In this document: piece after piece, positions 39,278 through 48,276 of the stretch
Layout of the letters: each line of letters opens with the position of its first letter
How positions within the stretch are numbered: the stretch's first letter is position 1
IMG/VR virus record: IMGVR_UViG_3300044701_004668
Span: 2,644-66,643 of that record
Direction: 5' to 3' (one strand)
From: a virus
DNA: 64,000 nucleotides
Made by a program: the position numbers and the translations under genes
Notes under the pieces: model-generated
What the model saw: the letters and a program-made list of their open reading frames with translations, nothing else
What the model was told of the DNA's origin: nothing
The model's database searches: none

Positions 39278-39344
39278 TGGCAAGGCTTCCCCTGCCATGC
39301 CTTAATTGTACACCATGCAGGGGGCAGAGTCAAGCATAAATAAA
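39278..39344 (-). promoter_or_regulatory. Early promoter-hairpin cassette 1
   Basis: TTTATTTATGC-TTGACT-17bp-TACAAT, then TGGCAGGG/CCTTGCCA hairpin. Confidence 0.88.
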
Positions 39345-39374
39345 ACATATTTTGCTTTTATCCGCCCCGACAAA

Positions 39375-39635
39375 CTAACAATTCTCATCCCAGATTGCAG
39401 CAAGAGTGCTGTTTAGCTCGGCATCAGAGCCGGCGAACTCTACCTTGATTGCCGCTCCATAGAGCGAACGCTCAAGGATAAACTCTTTCCATGCGTGGAA
39501 AGAGTCAAACCGCCCAATCTCCAACGTGATATCTTTATAATTGCTATACAAGATAAAGTCAACCATTTGGCGGACAGCTTTTGCTAGCTCACACTCCTCG
39601 CTGGCGAGGAGTTTGGCGAGGGCAAGATTAGCCAT
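39375..39635 (-). CDS. Small early protein
   Basis: Single gene between cassettes 2 and 1. Confidence 0.65.
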   Translation of the reverse strand: MANLALAKLLASEECELAKAVRQMVDFILYSNYKDITLEIGRFDSFHAWKEFILERSLYGAAIKVEFAGSDAELNSTLAAIWDENC

Positions 39636-39662
39636 GACAAAGATAAAACGAAGAAAGAAAGG

Positions 39663-39728
39663 TGACAGGTCTCCCCTGCCATGCCTTAATTGTACACCAT
39701 GCAGGGGCGGCTGTCAAGCATAAATAAA
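39663..39728 (-). promoter_or_regulatory. Early promoter-hairpin cassette 2
   Basis: TTTATTTATGC-TTGACA-17bp-TACAAT, then TGGCAGG/CCTGTCA hairpin. Confidence 0.9.
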
Positions 39729-39741
39729 TCTATTTTGATCT

Positions 39742-40008
39742 TTATCTCGCCCCCTTAAGAAGCTCGGCGGTGACAATTTCGTTGTACCTGTCTCTATTTT
39801 TTTCGTCATCGTACCAATCGTCCATCTCTTTCATGCTTTGTTCGTGCTGCAATCTACTGAGAATTGCGTCATACTTCTCTTGAAGTGGTTCCAGTAGTTG
39901 ATAAAGCTTGTGAACTTCCTCCCAGTCTTTCAATTGTCTGTGGCATTGAATTAGTAGCTCAAGCTTGGCTATTTCGTCGGAAAGCTTAAGCAAGTCGATG
40001 TTTTCCAT
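39742..40008 (-). CDS. Small coiled-coil early protein
   Basis: ATG 40008 after a pyrimidine-rich leader. Confidence 0.6.
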   Translation of the reverse strand: MENIDLLKLSDEIAKLELLIQCHRQLKDWEEVHKLYQLLEPLQEKYDAILSRLQHEQSMKEMDDWYDDEKNRDRYNEIVTAELLKGAR

Positions 40009-40192
40009 GGGGAAGAAGAAAGTGATGAGGGGCGAGAAAAGAAAACTAAAACGATTCAGCAACTCTTATTGCTTATGCTATGCACTCAAGAAATGAGTCA
40101 AAGCCGAAGCAGCACGCGAAGGCAAAAGTTACAGAAGACATGGCTTAAAAAGAGAATAAATAAAAACCGCCGCAAAGACGGCTTGCGAACAA

Positions 40193-40786
40193 TCAGAAAG
40201 TTTCCAGCAACTCCTCCTCTGGCTTATCTGAGTCATAAGTTGGCATGAAGCCAAAATCCTGCGGAACATCCGCAAAATCATGACTGCCATACATTGCCTG
40301 ATGCCATCTCGCGGTTCCAACATTTGCGGAACCGAAGAAAGTCTTAGCCGCCATCTTTGACAACTCTTCAAGGACAAACTTATAAGGGTCTCCAGAAATC
40401 TCTATTTCCGCCCCCATCGGCATACACATATCTTTCCCCCCGTGAAACCTTGCCAGCCTCCAAACGTAGTAACCCCTCGCATCATCAGGGCGCTTTGACC
40501 TTAATCCCTTTCGCCCCTTGATTAACTTGATGATCTCTTCCGGGTCGGGGGCGTGAAAATAACCCAGCCCCTCGCAACTTATGCACTCTTTCCACCTGCT
40601 AGGGAAAACTTTCCCCTCGTCCGTCTTGAATCCCTTGCTTAAGGTATGCCCGTCGCCCTTACATCTTGTGCAAGCCATAAGTGGCTCAATGGACGAATCT
40701 TTCAACGTGCGAGGCAAAGGTCTTACCTCAGGCTTAACTGCCACTGGGGGCTGAGGTGGGAACTCGGTGTCGTAAATAATTGACAT
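40193..40786 (-). CDS. Early protein with DnaJ-type CxxCxGxG zinc finger
   Basis: CTRCKGDG and CISCEGLG. Confidence 0.7.
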   Translation of the reverse strand: MSIIYDTEFPPQPPVAVKPEVRPLPRTLKDSSIEPLMACTRCKGDGHTLSKGFKTDEGKVFPSRWKECISCEGLGYFHAPDPEEIIKLIKGRKGLRSKRPDDARGYYVWRLARFHGGKDMCMPMGAEIEISGDPYKFVLEELSKMAAKTFFGSANVGTARWHQAMYGSHDFADVPQDFGFMPTYDSDKPEEELLETF

Positions 40787-40838
40787 AACAAAAAGAAAAG
40801 AAGTGAATCGAAAAGAAATGATTGAGAAAAATCAAAAA

Positions 40839-41036
40839 CTAAGTAAAACAGCGCTTGGTTACGTCCATGTGGCCGGGAACAGAGTAAAAGTGACTCTCTT
40901 CTCCGTTTTTATAGACATTGCACCTTGCGTCGTAAAGCTCCGCGAAAAGTTGAGCGGAGACAACGGCTGCCCCATAATCATCCGTTTCGCATTCGTAGAA
41001 AACCTTATCCGCATTGAAACATTTGATCCTGAACAT
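40839..41036 (-). CDS. Small early protein
   Basis: 65-aa ORF with TTG start. An alternative overlapping frame exists. Confidence 0.35.
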   Translation of the reverse strand: MFRIKCFNADKVFYECETDDYGAAVVSAQLFAELYDARCNVYKNGEESHFYSVPGHMDVTKRCFT

Positions 41037-41089
41037 CGCTCGGTAAATGACAAACTACAGGAGTGAACGGCTTGTGAGACTCTTGCTAT

Positions 41090-41434
41090 TCAACCATAAA
41101 CAATCTCATCAAAGCAAGCAAGCTGAAAGATAATGTCAGCATCGGCTGCATCAATCTCGCCGTATTCATGATAGATAACTGCCCACTCAATAGATTTCCA
41201 GGTTGCCTCAGGGCAGGTCTTCCTGCGACTAAAAAGATCAGCAATAACTTGCTCAACTTTTTCCTTGGAGACATGATGATGCACTAACTCCTCGTCAACA
41301 ATTGTGAATATTCCGTCTTCTTTGTTCAGATGTGACTCATGCGCCCATCCGTCAATACCGCCAAAGCTGGCAGTAGAACAAATGTCCTGGAAATCATCCC
41401 AAGAAATTTTGAAGTCAAATTGAATAGTGGCCAT
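41090..41434 (-). CDS. Acidic early protein
   Basis: IDAADADIIFQLACFDEIVYG C-terminus, a recurrent phage early-gene pattern. Confidence 0.7.
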   Translation of the reverse strand: MATIQFDFKISWDDFQDICSTASFGGIDGWAHESHLNKEDGIFTIVDEELVHHHVSKEKVEQVIADLFSRRKTCPEATWKSIEWAVIYHEYGEIDAADADIIFQLACFDEIVYG

Positions 41435-41481
41435 GTGAAAAAGGAAACAAAAAAGAAAAAAGAGAAAAAAGAAACAACTAA

Positions 41482-41712
41482 TCAGTCGGGATACGGATAC
41501 GAGTATCTTTCGTTATAGAGGTCGCAAGCGTACCTCTCCTCTGAACTTATTTCCTCCTCGTAAAACTCATCCTCCTCCTCAGACTCAAGGATAAATTTGT
41601 AAGTCGCGGAGTTTTCCGCGACCTCTAAGCGCAACCAAGGAACCGGACATTCAATGAGCCAGTTCTCAAATTCTTGAGAAGGAAAACCGTAAGGCCAGAG
41701 ATCGTTTGCCAT
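41482..41712 (-). CDS. Small very acidic early protein
   Basis: FENWLIECPV.W followed by EEEDEFYEEEISSEE. Confidence 0.65.
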   Translation of the reverse strand: MANDLWPYGFPSQEFENWLIECPVPWLRLEVAENSATYKFILESEEEDEFYEEEISSEERYACDLYNERYSYPYPD

Positions 41713-41743
41713 AGCAGAAAAAAATAAACAGCAAGAGCAGAAA

Positions 41744-41899
41744 CTAGAAAATGTCTACGTTGTTTTCGTCGCAGGCATTCACAATCTCGCTGTCGAGAAT
41801 GTCTTCGTGCGTAAACCATAATCCAAGATTTTCCACAACTTCGTACGGATCAGCATTTTCGCTGATTTTCAGTTGGACAGTCAAATGAATTGTTTTCAT
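41744..41899 (-). CDS. Small acidic early protein
   Basis: First ATG after cassette 3. Confidence 0.6.
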   Translation of the reverse strand: MKTIHLTVQLKISENADPYEVVENLGLWFTHEDILDSEIVNACDENNVDIF

Positions 41900-41921
41900 A
41901 GTAAAATAGCGATTGATAAAA

Positions 41922-41987
41922 TGACAGGTCTCCCCTGCCATGCCTTCATTGTAACGTATCCAGGGGCGGTTGTCAAGCATAAATAAA
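41922..41987 (-). promoter_or_regulatory. Early promoter-hairpin cassette 3
   Basis: TTTATTTATGC-TTGACA-17bp-TACAAT with the same hairpin as cassette 2. Confidence 0.9.
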
Positions 41988-42019
41988 ACTAGATTTACAC
42001 TTTCCCGCCCCTTGCAAAA

Positions 42020-42349
42020 TCAGATAGGATTGTTTTTGGCCCAATCGGCCAGGAACCGAAGTCTGTCGATAATTTCATCGACAGATTTAACCCTGGACTT
42101 GCGCATCCTTATGCACCTTGAAGCAACAAACTGCTCCAGCTTATAAACTCCGGCACCGTAAGAGTGGACGGAGATTGCAGACCATCTGCTGTTCTCAAAG
42201 ATTCCGTTGGCCCAGGTTTCCCTGGGGTCAAGAGAAACTTTAATCATCAGCGATGAACTACCCCCTAGGTCTGAAATGTAAGCAGTGCTCGCTGAAAAGT
42301 TATCAGCGAGGAACGCCTGCACATTCTCTAGGCACCTTTCGTCAATCAT
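42020..42349 (-). CDS. Early protein
   Basis: SDLGG...SLDPRETWANGIFENSR motif. Confidence 0.65.
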   Translation of the reverse strand: MIDERCLENVQAFLADNFSASTAYISDLGGSSSLMIKVSLDPRETWANGIFENSRWSAISVHSYGAGVYKLEQFVASRCIRMRKSRVKSVDEIIDRLRFLADWAKNNPI

Positions 42350-42350
42350 T

Positions 42351-42524
42351 TCAGCGCCCAAAGAATTTGATTTGACAGTAATTCACGTTTTCTTTCTTCA
42401 TGCAATCTCGCATGAGGTACTTGTCTTGAGCATAAAGAGTAGAAACGAAGGAGATGAAAATTGCTGTTGCGACAAACCAGACAGGAAAGTAAGGATTGCG
42501 GATGAAGGCTGATACTGTTTTCAT
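42351..42524 (-). CDS. Small membrane protein (57 aa, below the ORF-track cutoff)
   Basis: MKTVSAFIRNPYFPVWFVATAIFISFVSTLYAQDK..., one hydrophobic helix, fills the gap exactly. Confidence 0.55.
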   Translation of the reverse strand: MKTVSAFIRNPYFPVWFVATAIFISFVSTLYAQDKYLMRDCMKKENVNYCQIKFFGR

Positions 42525-42562
42525 GATCGAAAAGAAAAAATAATTGAACTGGCTTGTGAAAC

Positions 42563-42961
42563 TTAGCTGTGAGCCCTGCCAGTTGGCTCGATCAGGAAAA
42601 ATACCTGACCAACAAAGCCCTTGAGATTTGTCGGATAGCTGTATTGAGACAAGCCATCAGCGGCATCCTTGACGCACATGAAGTTTGTCTCAAACTCCAT
42701 GTTTCTGATCACTTCAGAAATGTTCGCCTTGAAATTGATGCAGAGAATTGCCAGCGTTTTCCACTGAGCATCTGTTAGAAATTTGTCAAACCTCCACGCA
42801 TTGATTGAACAGTCAAAGTCATAAACAGTGACTTCTCTTACCTTGTGGCTTCTGTAACAAGTCAGCCCCGCTGACTCATTGATCTTATCGTAAATGTCAG
42901 GCTTTGTTTCTTTGAGTTCCCCCAGGGTTGGAAACTTGACTTGATCGACAGAAGTAGTCAT
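42563..42961 (-). CDS. Early protein
   Basis: First ATG after cassette 4. Ends IEPTGRAHS. Confidence 0.65.
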   Translation of the reverse strand: MTTSVDQVKFPTLGELKETKPDIYDKINESAGLTCYRSHKVREVTVYDFDCSINAWRFDKFLTDAQWKTLAILCINFKANISEVIRNMEFETNFMCVKDAADGLSQYSYPTNLKGFVGQVFFLIEPTGRAHS

Positions 42962-42983
42962 CTGAAAAAAAGAAGAGCAATGG

Positions 42984-43055
42984 GATAAGTGGCAGAACCT
43001 GTCCGCCACTGTTTAATAATACCACAGGGCCAGCCCCTTGTCAAGCATAAATAAA
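42984..43055 (-). promoter_or_regulatory. Early promoter-hairpin cassette 4
   Basis: TTTATTTATGC-TTGACA-17bp-TATTAT, then AGTGGCGGA/TCTGCCACT hairpin. Confidence 0.9.
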
Positions 43056-43068
43056 ACAACTTTGAAAG

Positions 43069-43464
43069 TTAGAGATACTTAAAAGCCCAGTGATCCAACT
43101 CTTTTACCGGAAGCCTGGAAAAATCTTGGTGCTTCTTGAAGCTACTCAAAACGTAATCCGCAAAGTCCATTGCGTGCCGAGCCTGATAAAAATCTTCCCC
43201 GAGACACCAATTCGACTCGGCGTGACATTCTCCAAATCTTGTTTCTTTGACGACGCAAAGAAAAACAAAAAACGAATCACAGTCTCTCGTGGCACAAGAA
43301 AATTCTTTTACCGCGAACTCAATCGTGCATTTTTCCGCCCCCAACTCAAAAACAGTAATCTCCTGAGCCGTGTAAAATCCCCCTTGAAAACCGCGAGAAA
43401 GGTTTTGCCAGACAATCTCCTCGTGAACTTGATCCATTGTCATCCCGAAAAAAGAAGTAATCAT
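43069..43464 (-). CDS. Early protein
   Basis: 131-aa ORF, start uncertain. Confidence 0.55.
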   Translation of the reverse strand: MITSFFGMTMDQVHEEIVWQNLSRGFQGGFYTAQEITVFELGAEKCTIEFAVKEFSCATRDCDSFFVFLCVVKETRFGECHAESNWCLGEDFYQARHAMDFADYVLSSFKKHQDFSRLPVKELDHWAFKYL

Positions 43465-43480
43465 GATTGAAGTGCAATTG

Positions 43481-43509
43481 AATAAAGCCGCAACTCATAA
43501 TTGCGGCTT
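43481..43509 (-). terminator. Terminator-like hairpin
   Basis: AAGCCGCAA-TTATGAG-TTGCGGCTT followed by TATT. Confidence 0.6.
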
Positions 43510-43522
43510 GCGAAACTTGCGA

Positions 43523-43774
43523 TCAGCTTTCTTTTCTGATACGCTGGGCGGCCTCTTTTGCGATTCCAACAAGAAGGGCAATAGAAGCAGGTTCCCCCGC
43601 TTCCTTGACTTTCTTCCTGAGGTGAAAATGAATTGCGGGAGCAATAAGCTCCCAGCTCTTCATGTTGATGTCGTTAAAATTCTTGTCTCGACTGGCCCTT
43701 ATCTCTCGCTCGCCAATTCCAACGCGAACGGCTTCGACAATAGTTTTGTCGATAAAAATTGAAAAATCAGTCAT
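43523..43774 (-). CDS. Early protein
   Basis: 83-aa ORF overlapping the upstream stop. Confidence 0.6.
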   Translation of the reverse strand: MTDFSIFIDKTIVEAVRVGIGEREIRASRDKNFNDINMKSWELIAPAIHFHLRKKVKEAGEPASIALLVGIAKEAAQRIRKES

Positions 43775-44171
43775 CGAAGTTCTCCGAATTTGAGGTGGGG
43801 AGGGATTCGTAAAAATCCCCCCAGGTTGTCAAACGCCATCTGTTCTTGATGTGATCAAGAAGAATGGTTGGCGAGTAAGTGTCGCCAGTGTTGATGTAAC
43901 TGGCAACAATGTTGCGATGGTAGCGATCAACATAAATCTCTTCATGCTGAATCGCTTCTACCCCGTGACCGCCAAGAAGCTCGTTCAGGGCTTCAAGAAT
44001 CAACTCATTCTTTCGGGGCGGATGATAACAGGAATTGAACCATCGACAAGTTTGCGGGAACCTGCGAAAATGTAGCTCGGGATTGATCCTGTAACGAATT
44101 AACAGAATTGCAAGATTTGCGTCAAACAAAGAAACGTCGAACGCTTCTGCAATGTTTTGAGCTTTGATCAT
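43767..44171 (-). CDS. Early protein
   Basis: LNELLGGHGVEAI...YINTGDTY..T.L...TWGD, a recurrent phage family pattern. Confidence 0.7.
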   Translation of the reverse strand: MIKAQNIAEAFDVSLFDANLAILLIRYRINPELHFRRFPQTCRWFNSCYHPPRKNELILEALNELLGGHGVEAIQHEEIYVDRYHRNIVASYINTGDTYSPTILLDHIKNRWRLTTWGDFYESLPTSNSENFDD

Positions 44172-44244
44172 TTTAATCAGAGGTTGGATCCATGTCCTGT
44201 AACTGTAAGGCTATAGCCAGGTGATAGCGAAAGACCCAGCATTA

Positions 44245-44442
44245 TCATTGCAGCAGTCCTCGCTCTCTCAAGACCTGACAACCAATCTCGTCTATTTGAT
44301 TGTAGATTGGCGTGAAATCGAAACGCTTGATAATTTCTTTTGCGATCTCGGGAATTAGGGACTGATCAATTGACTCGTCATGCGGCGGGCAGGCACTCAA
44401 ATAGCCCTCAACCTCAACAACAATCCAGTTCGGGTTTGACAT
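44245..44442 (-). CDS. Small early protein
   Basis: 65-aa acidic ORF. Confidence 0.55.
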   Translation of the reverse strand: MSNPNWIVVEVEGYLSACPPHDESIDQSLIPEIAKEIIKRFDFTPIYNQIDEIGCQVLRERGLLQ

Positions 44443-44481
44443 GAGAAGACAGGCAAAAGAAAGAAAGCAGAAGTGAAAAGA

Positions 44482-44976
44482 TCAACGGCAGTCAAAACTA
44501 AACTCAGCAATGCTCGACTTGAGAGAGCTGATTTGCTTTTCCAGCTCAGCAATCTTGTTACGAGCAGCGGTGATTTCCTCCAATGTGTAGTCACAGCGAT
44601 ACTTGATGAACTCACGAGTTTCCTCTGTCATCAAGCCGGTTTCACGATTAAAGCCAGCAACGAAGAATTCCGCCTTGCAATAGTTGACCGACTCCTCAGA
44701 AGTTCTGTAGGAGTCTTTAACGTTGAAGTAAACAGAACCGAAAGAAACCTCAAACCAGCAACGAAAGCCCTCGGCCTCCACTTTTCTTTCTATCGGCTCC
44801 ACCGCCTTGCGAACGGAAGCTGACAAAGAGCCGTCTGTTAATTTGTAAATCCTCTTGCCAATGAACTGGCTGAAGACTTCTTGAAGCTGAAGCCGGAACT
44901 TTTCAGCTTCTGCATTCAGCCGATTACGGCAAACGACTTGATTCTGCAGAATCTGCAAACGAGAGAATTGAGCCAC
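44482..44976 (-). CDS. Early protein
   Basis: GTG start directly after cassette 5, C-terminal coiled coil. Confidence 0.65.
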   Translation of the reverse strand: MAQFSRLQILQNQVVCRNRLNAEAEKFRLQLQEVFSQFIGKRIYKLTDGSLSASVRKAVEPIERKVEAEGFRCWFEVSFGSVYFNVKDSYRTSEESVNYCKAEFFVAGFNRETGLMTEETREFIKYRCDYTLEEITAARNKIAELEKQISSLKSSIAEFSFDCR

Positions 44977-44997
44977 GATCTAAAAGAAAGAGAGGAA

Positions 44998-45069
44998 GAT
45001 AAGTGGCAGAACCTGTCCGCCACTGTTTAATAATACCACGACAGGGGGCGCCTGTCAAGCATAAATAAA
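44998..45069 (-). promoter_or_regulatory. Early promoter-hairpin cassette 5
   Basis: TTGACA-17bp-TATTAT. 44998-45039 is identical to 42984-43025 in cassette 4 (42 bp). Confidence 0.9.
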
Positions 45070-45078
45070 TCTATTTTG

Positions 45079-45849
45079 TCAGTTATCGCCCTCTTGCAAT
45101 TCAACAAACTGCAGCAACTGTCGCTTTGCTTTCTTGAAAAAGCTCCTGAAAACTCGCTTCAAGAACTTTGTGTCACCATTCTTGCAATTCCGTTCGATCA
45201 TCCAAAAGATCAAACCAGGGTCTTTGTAGCCTTCGCAATAGAGAACATAAATCAGAAAACTGCCGTGAACATACAACTCCTCCAAGTGAGAGTAAACATG
45301 CTGAAGGTCGTCCACGCCTCTTTTCTCTTTTGAGGCTTGCGAATAAATCTTGCACAGCAAACAGTCTCCACTATCGGGCTTAGGCAGGCCCTCTGCAATT
45401 GACTGATCCGCAAAAGCTTTGATATAATCGCAAATCATCTTATCCAACTTGCGATTCTTCTCGATGTCATCAAGAGAAGCTTCGGCAGAATTAACCACTC
45501 GCCCAGACTGATCAACAGTCATTCCGTCGAAGAACTGCACAACCTCTTCTCGCCCTTCTTTCTGCTGGGGGACATACCAAACACCACGCTTCTGAAAAAT
45601 TCGCAGGGGCGTGAAAGAATTGATACGTTCTTTCGTCGTAGAAGTCATCCAGCCGTCAGTATTGACAGTAAAAAAGCTTTGCCCCGCTTCCTGAGTGATC
45701 TTCACAATGTCTGTATTGTGAAGACGAATCAAGAACTCATCTTCTTTCTGCAAGAGATAAGTGTTGTTTGCGAGCTTCTTTTTGTCAAGATTGCGCTTTG
45801 CCTGCGCAGCAAGAATTTCCTGTGCGCGATCAAAAGTGAAAACTGTCAT
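45079..45849 (-). CDS. Early protein
   Basis: NNT.L...IRLHNTDIV...GW.TSTTKERIN motif plus GDCLLC. Confidence 0.7.
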   Translation of the reverse strand: MTVFTFDRAQEILAAQAKRNLDKKKLANNTYLLQKEDEFLIRLHNTDIVKITQEAGQSFFTVNTDGWMTSTTKERINSFTPLRIFQKRGVWYVPQQKEGREEVVQFFDGMTVDQSGRVVNSAEASLDDIEKNRKLDKMICDYIKAFADQSIAEGLPKPDSGDCLLCKIYSQASKEKRGVDDLQHVYSHLEELYVHGSFLIYVLYCEGYKDPGLIFWMIERNCKNGDTKFLKRVFRSFFKKAKRQLLQFVELQEGDN

Positions 45850-45893
45850 TGATCTAAATGAAGTGAATTAAATGGAAAGGGGGCGAGAAAGTA

Positions 45894-46052
45894 TTAGCTG
45901 GAATACTTCTCAACAATGTCCGGGAAAGCCTTGATAATTCTTTCCGTATTCTGCGGATCTGCCGCAGAAAGTGCATCTGCAAGGCGGGAAACAAAACTTC
46001 CGCCGTAACGACGCATGTTGTTAATAAGCTGAAACTTTTGAGTGTGATTCAT
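45894..46052 (-). CDS. Small early protein
   Basis: M..YGGSFV..LA.A...AD..N...I..AFP....Y, a recurrent phage family. Confidence 0.7.
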   Translation of the reverse strand: MNHTQKFQLINNMRRYGGSFVSRLADALSAADPQNTERIIKAFPDIVEKYSS

Positions 46053-46053
46053 T

Positions 46054-46311
46054 TCAGGGGCGAACGGGGGAAAACTTTTCAACCTCAACAGAAACCAGAT
46101 CGGGTCTGTTTTTCTGCAACAGCAAAGCTTTGTGCAAAGCAAGCTCCGCAGTTGACTCAAGAATGGAGAAGGAGTCCAGGATCTCGCCCTTGCGATTCCT
46201 TCTGACAAATCTCCAGCCATCGCAATTTGACGAGAAAGAATCTCTGTCGAAAGATCGAACGAGATCGTCTTGAAACGTCATCACCGTAAACTTGCAAATC
46301 TTGGAAAGCAT
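46054..46311 (-). CDS. Small early protein
   Basis: First ATG after cassette 6. Confidence 0.55.
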   Translation of the reverse strand: MLSKICKFTVMTFQDDLVRSFDRDSFSSNCDGWRFVRRNRKGEILDSFSILESTAELALHKALLLQKNRPDLVSVEVEKFSPVRP

Positions 46312-46334
46312 AAAACTAAGCAAAGCGAGGAAAC

Positions 46335-46402
46335 GTGACAGAGCTTGCCCCATCACTCTTTAAGTGTAACACACTGAGCCAGTGCTGTCAAGCATAACTA
46401 AA
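46335..46402 (-). promoter_or_regulatory. Early promoter-hairpin cassette 6
   Basis: TTTAGTTATGC-TTGACA-17bp-TACACT, then GTGATGGGG/CTCTGTCAC hairpin. Confidence 0.85.
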
Positions 46403-46411
46403 AGAATTTTT

Positions 46412-46669
46412 TTAGTTATCTCTGAGCATTGGGATTCTGTTGCCGCAGTAATCACAGAACAGAGCGGAGAAATCCCTGTTGTCTCTATCAAAGACAATCT
46501 CCCATGAATTATCAGTAGCAAATTTATCCTGATTGTTGCAGCAACAATTAGAACAAATAGCTAAATCACCTTTTGTCCTTAAATATCTACTCGCCCCTCG
46601 CAAGGGATCTGTCAGATAAAAAGCTCTTGTTAGCTGAGCAATTCGCAGAGAAGTGCTTTTAGCTGTCAT
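46412..46669 (-). CDS. Small Zn-finger protein, likely paralogue of 38713-38973
   Basis: ICSNC...W.IV...LFCDYCGNRI. Confidence 0.6.
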   Translation of the reverse strand: MTAKSTSLRIAQLTRAFYLTDPLRGASRYLRTKGDLAICSNCCCNNQDKFATDNSWEIVFDRDNRDFSALFCDYCGNRIPMLRDN

Positions 46670-46697
46670 AAATCATTCAAAAATTAGAACTGCCTCA

Positions 46698-46753
46698 ATG
46701 CTAGAAACGGGCTGTGGGGGCGTCAAAAAGCCCGAGCCGGGAAAGACTCGGGC
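46698..46753 (-). promoter_or_regulatory. Terminator fused to a sigma70 promoter
   Basis: GCCCGAGTC/GGCTCGGGC hairpin plus TTTTT. The T-run supplies TTGACG-17bp-TAGCAT. Confidence 0.65.
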
Positions 46754-46770
46754 GGGAGCAAACCATAGCC

Positions 46771-47046
46771 TCAGGGGCGATCCTGGGCGGGCTGAGAAGG
46801 TCTTGGGGGCTGGCCGGAACTGCCGGGGGCGGGGGAATCTTCTCTGGGGGCGGAAGAATGAAACTTGAGAATTAACTGAGTTCTAAGCTCAGCAATTTCC
46901 TCCTTCAACTTTACCCACGCCCTTGCATTATCCTTCCGATGCCCCACATACCTTTCTTTGATGAGCCCAGTAAACATGGACCCGTAATCATGAAAGAAAT
47001 TGAGCGACATCAAAATGATCTGACGCTGGCGCTTGGTAAGAGACAT
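46771..47046 (-). CDS. Hypothetical protein
   Basis: 91-aa ORF with a GC-rich low-complexity 3' end. Confidence 0.5.
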   Translation of the reverse strand: MSLTKRQRQIILMSLNFFHDYGSMFTGLIKERYVGHRKDNARAWVKLKEEIAELRTQLILKFHSSAPREDSPAPGSSGQPPRPSQPAQDRP

Positions 47047-47357
47047 CAGCCTTTAAGTTCAAGCTTTTGCCGAAAAGAAATGTCTGCCATTTCCTTTGCG
47101 CTCAATGGCGGCTCCCCTGAATACTCGGGGGTTGGGTCGCAATCAACGATCTCCGTCAAATTGAAAACAAATTCATCAATGACATCGTGGAGAAAAGGAA
47201 AAAGTGCATCCATGCCGCGTTTCTGGTCGGCATCATTTATCGCCTTCAATTGTTGGGCCAAAAGAATTACTTGATCCGTTGGCCAAAGAGTCTGACCCTC
47301 CGGCACGGAAAACTGAAGCGAGCAATCCTTAGCACGAGCAATCTTTTTCATTTTCAT
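47046..47357 (-). CDS. Hypothetical protein
   Basis: Coupled ORF with DPTP...GEPPLS..EM motif. Confidence 0.6.
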   Translation of the reverse strand: MKMKKIARAKDCSLQFSVPEGQTLWPTDQVILLAQQLKAINDADQKRGMDALFPFLHDVIDEFVFNLTEIVDCDPTPEYSGEPPLSAKEMADISFRQKLELKG

Positions 47358-47803
47358 TTGTCAGAAAGTGATGTTTTGGCTTGTGAAATAATCTGAGAGA
47401 ACTTTTCCGGCCCGAGAGCCTTCCTGGCAAGAACAATAATCTCTTTGTCCATAGCAGAAAAACTCTTGCTTCTTTCAACTTGAGTCCTGTACTTGATCTC
47501 CTTGGAAATTGCCTTACCGAAGAAAACCAGGACGAAACGCTTAAACGCAAAACGCTTATGTGATTCCTTCCATTCGTGGGAAGGATCAATTTTTTCAATT
47601 TCCGAGTTGACATCGGAATGAAATCGCTGAATTGCGTTTTCCGCCTCAATCTCAAGCATCAAGCTCCTGAGATCATCAATGTGCATTGAAAGTACGTCGG
47701 GCAAAGCAATTTCTCTTTCAAGAGAATTACTCTTAAAATAAAGCCCTTTCTTATCTTGAAACTCAGGAGTGTTGAGCCAGCGTTCGTCCGTTGCAAATGT
47801 CAT
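47354..47803 (-). CDS. Hypothetical protein
   Basis: 149-aa ORF with ATGA overlaps on both sides. Confidence 0.6.
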   Translation of the reverse strand: MTFATDERWLNTPEFQDKKGLYFKSNSLEREIALPDVLSMHIDDLRSLMLEIEAENAIQRFHSDVNSEIEKIDPSHEWKESHKRFAFKRFVLVFFGKAISKEIKYRTQVERSKSFSAMDKEIIVLARKALGPEKFSQIISQAKTSLSDK

Positions 47804-48174
47804 TCGTTAGTCCAGCGAATAATTTGTCGAGTTTGAAAGAGGTGTCGAGTTTGAAAGAGGCAGCCGTCTTGATAAAGAGCAATCTGCCACTTGTTTCCTG
47901 CATCATCGGACTCCTGGAAACCCCAGTTGTCCAAGATAATTTCCCAGGATTCCCAATAGTATTCATGATCCGGCCCCGAAAGGCAAATGTCCCAATCTTC
48001 TTGCGGAACATCTTCGGTTTTCTCGTAACGCTCGCAGAAAACCTGCGGAACATAGATCCCGTGGTGATCGTCAACAATAAGAATTGACTCAAACCTGGAA
48101 GCGTCTTCGCCCTCTAAATAGTGATCCTCCCAGTTTCTGTCCGGGCTCATCTGAGGATTCATGGAAACTGACAT
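47800..48174 (-). CDS. Acidic early protein
   Basis: DDHHGIYVPQ.F...GPDHEYYWESW...LYQDG. First ATG after cassette 7. Confidence 0.7.
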   Translation of the reverse strand: MSVSMNPQMSPDRNWEDHYLEGEDASRFESILIVDDHHGIYVPQVFCERYEKTEDVPQEDWDICLSGPDHEYYWESWEIILDNWGFQESDDAGNKWQIALYQDGCLFQTRHLFQTRQIIRWTNE

Positions 48175-48195
48175 GATAAATAAAGCAGTTGAAAA

Positions 48196-48263
48196 GTGAT
48201 GGCAGGATGCCCCCACAGACTCAATAGTACCATCAATGGGGGCGGCTGTCAAGCATAAATAAA
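48196..48263 (-). promoter_or_regulatory. Early promoter cassette 7
   Basis: TTTATTTATGC-TTGACA-17bp-TACTAT. Confidence 0.88.
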
Positions 48264-48276
48264 TGAATTGCTGAGT

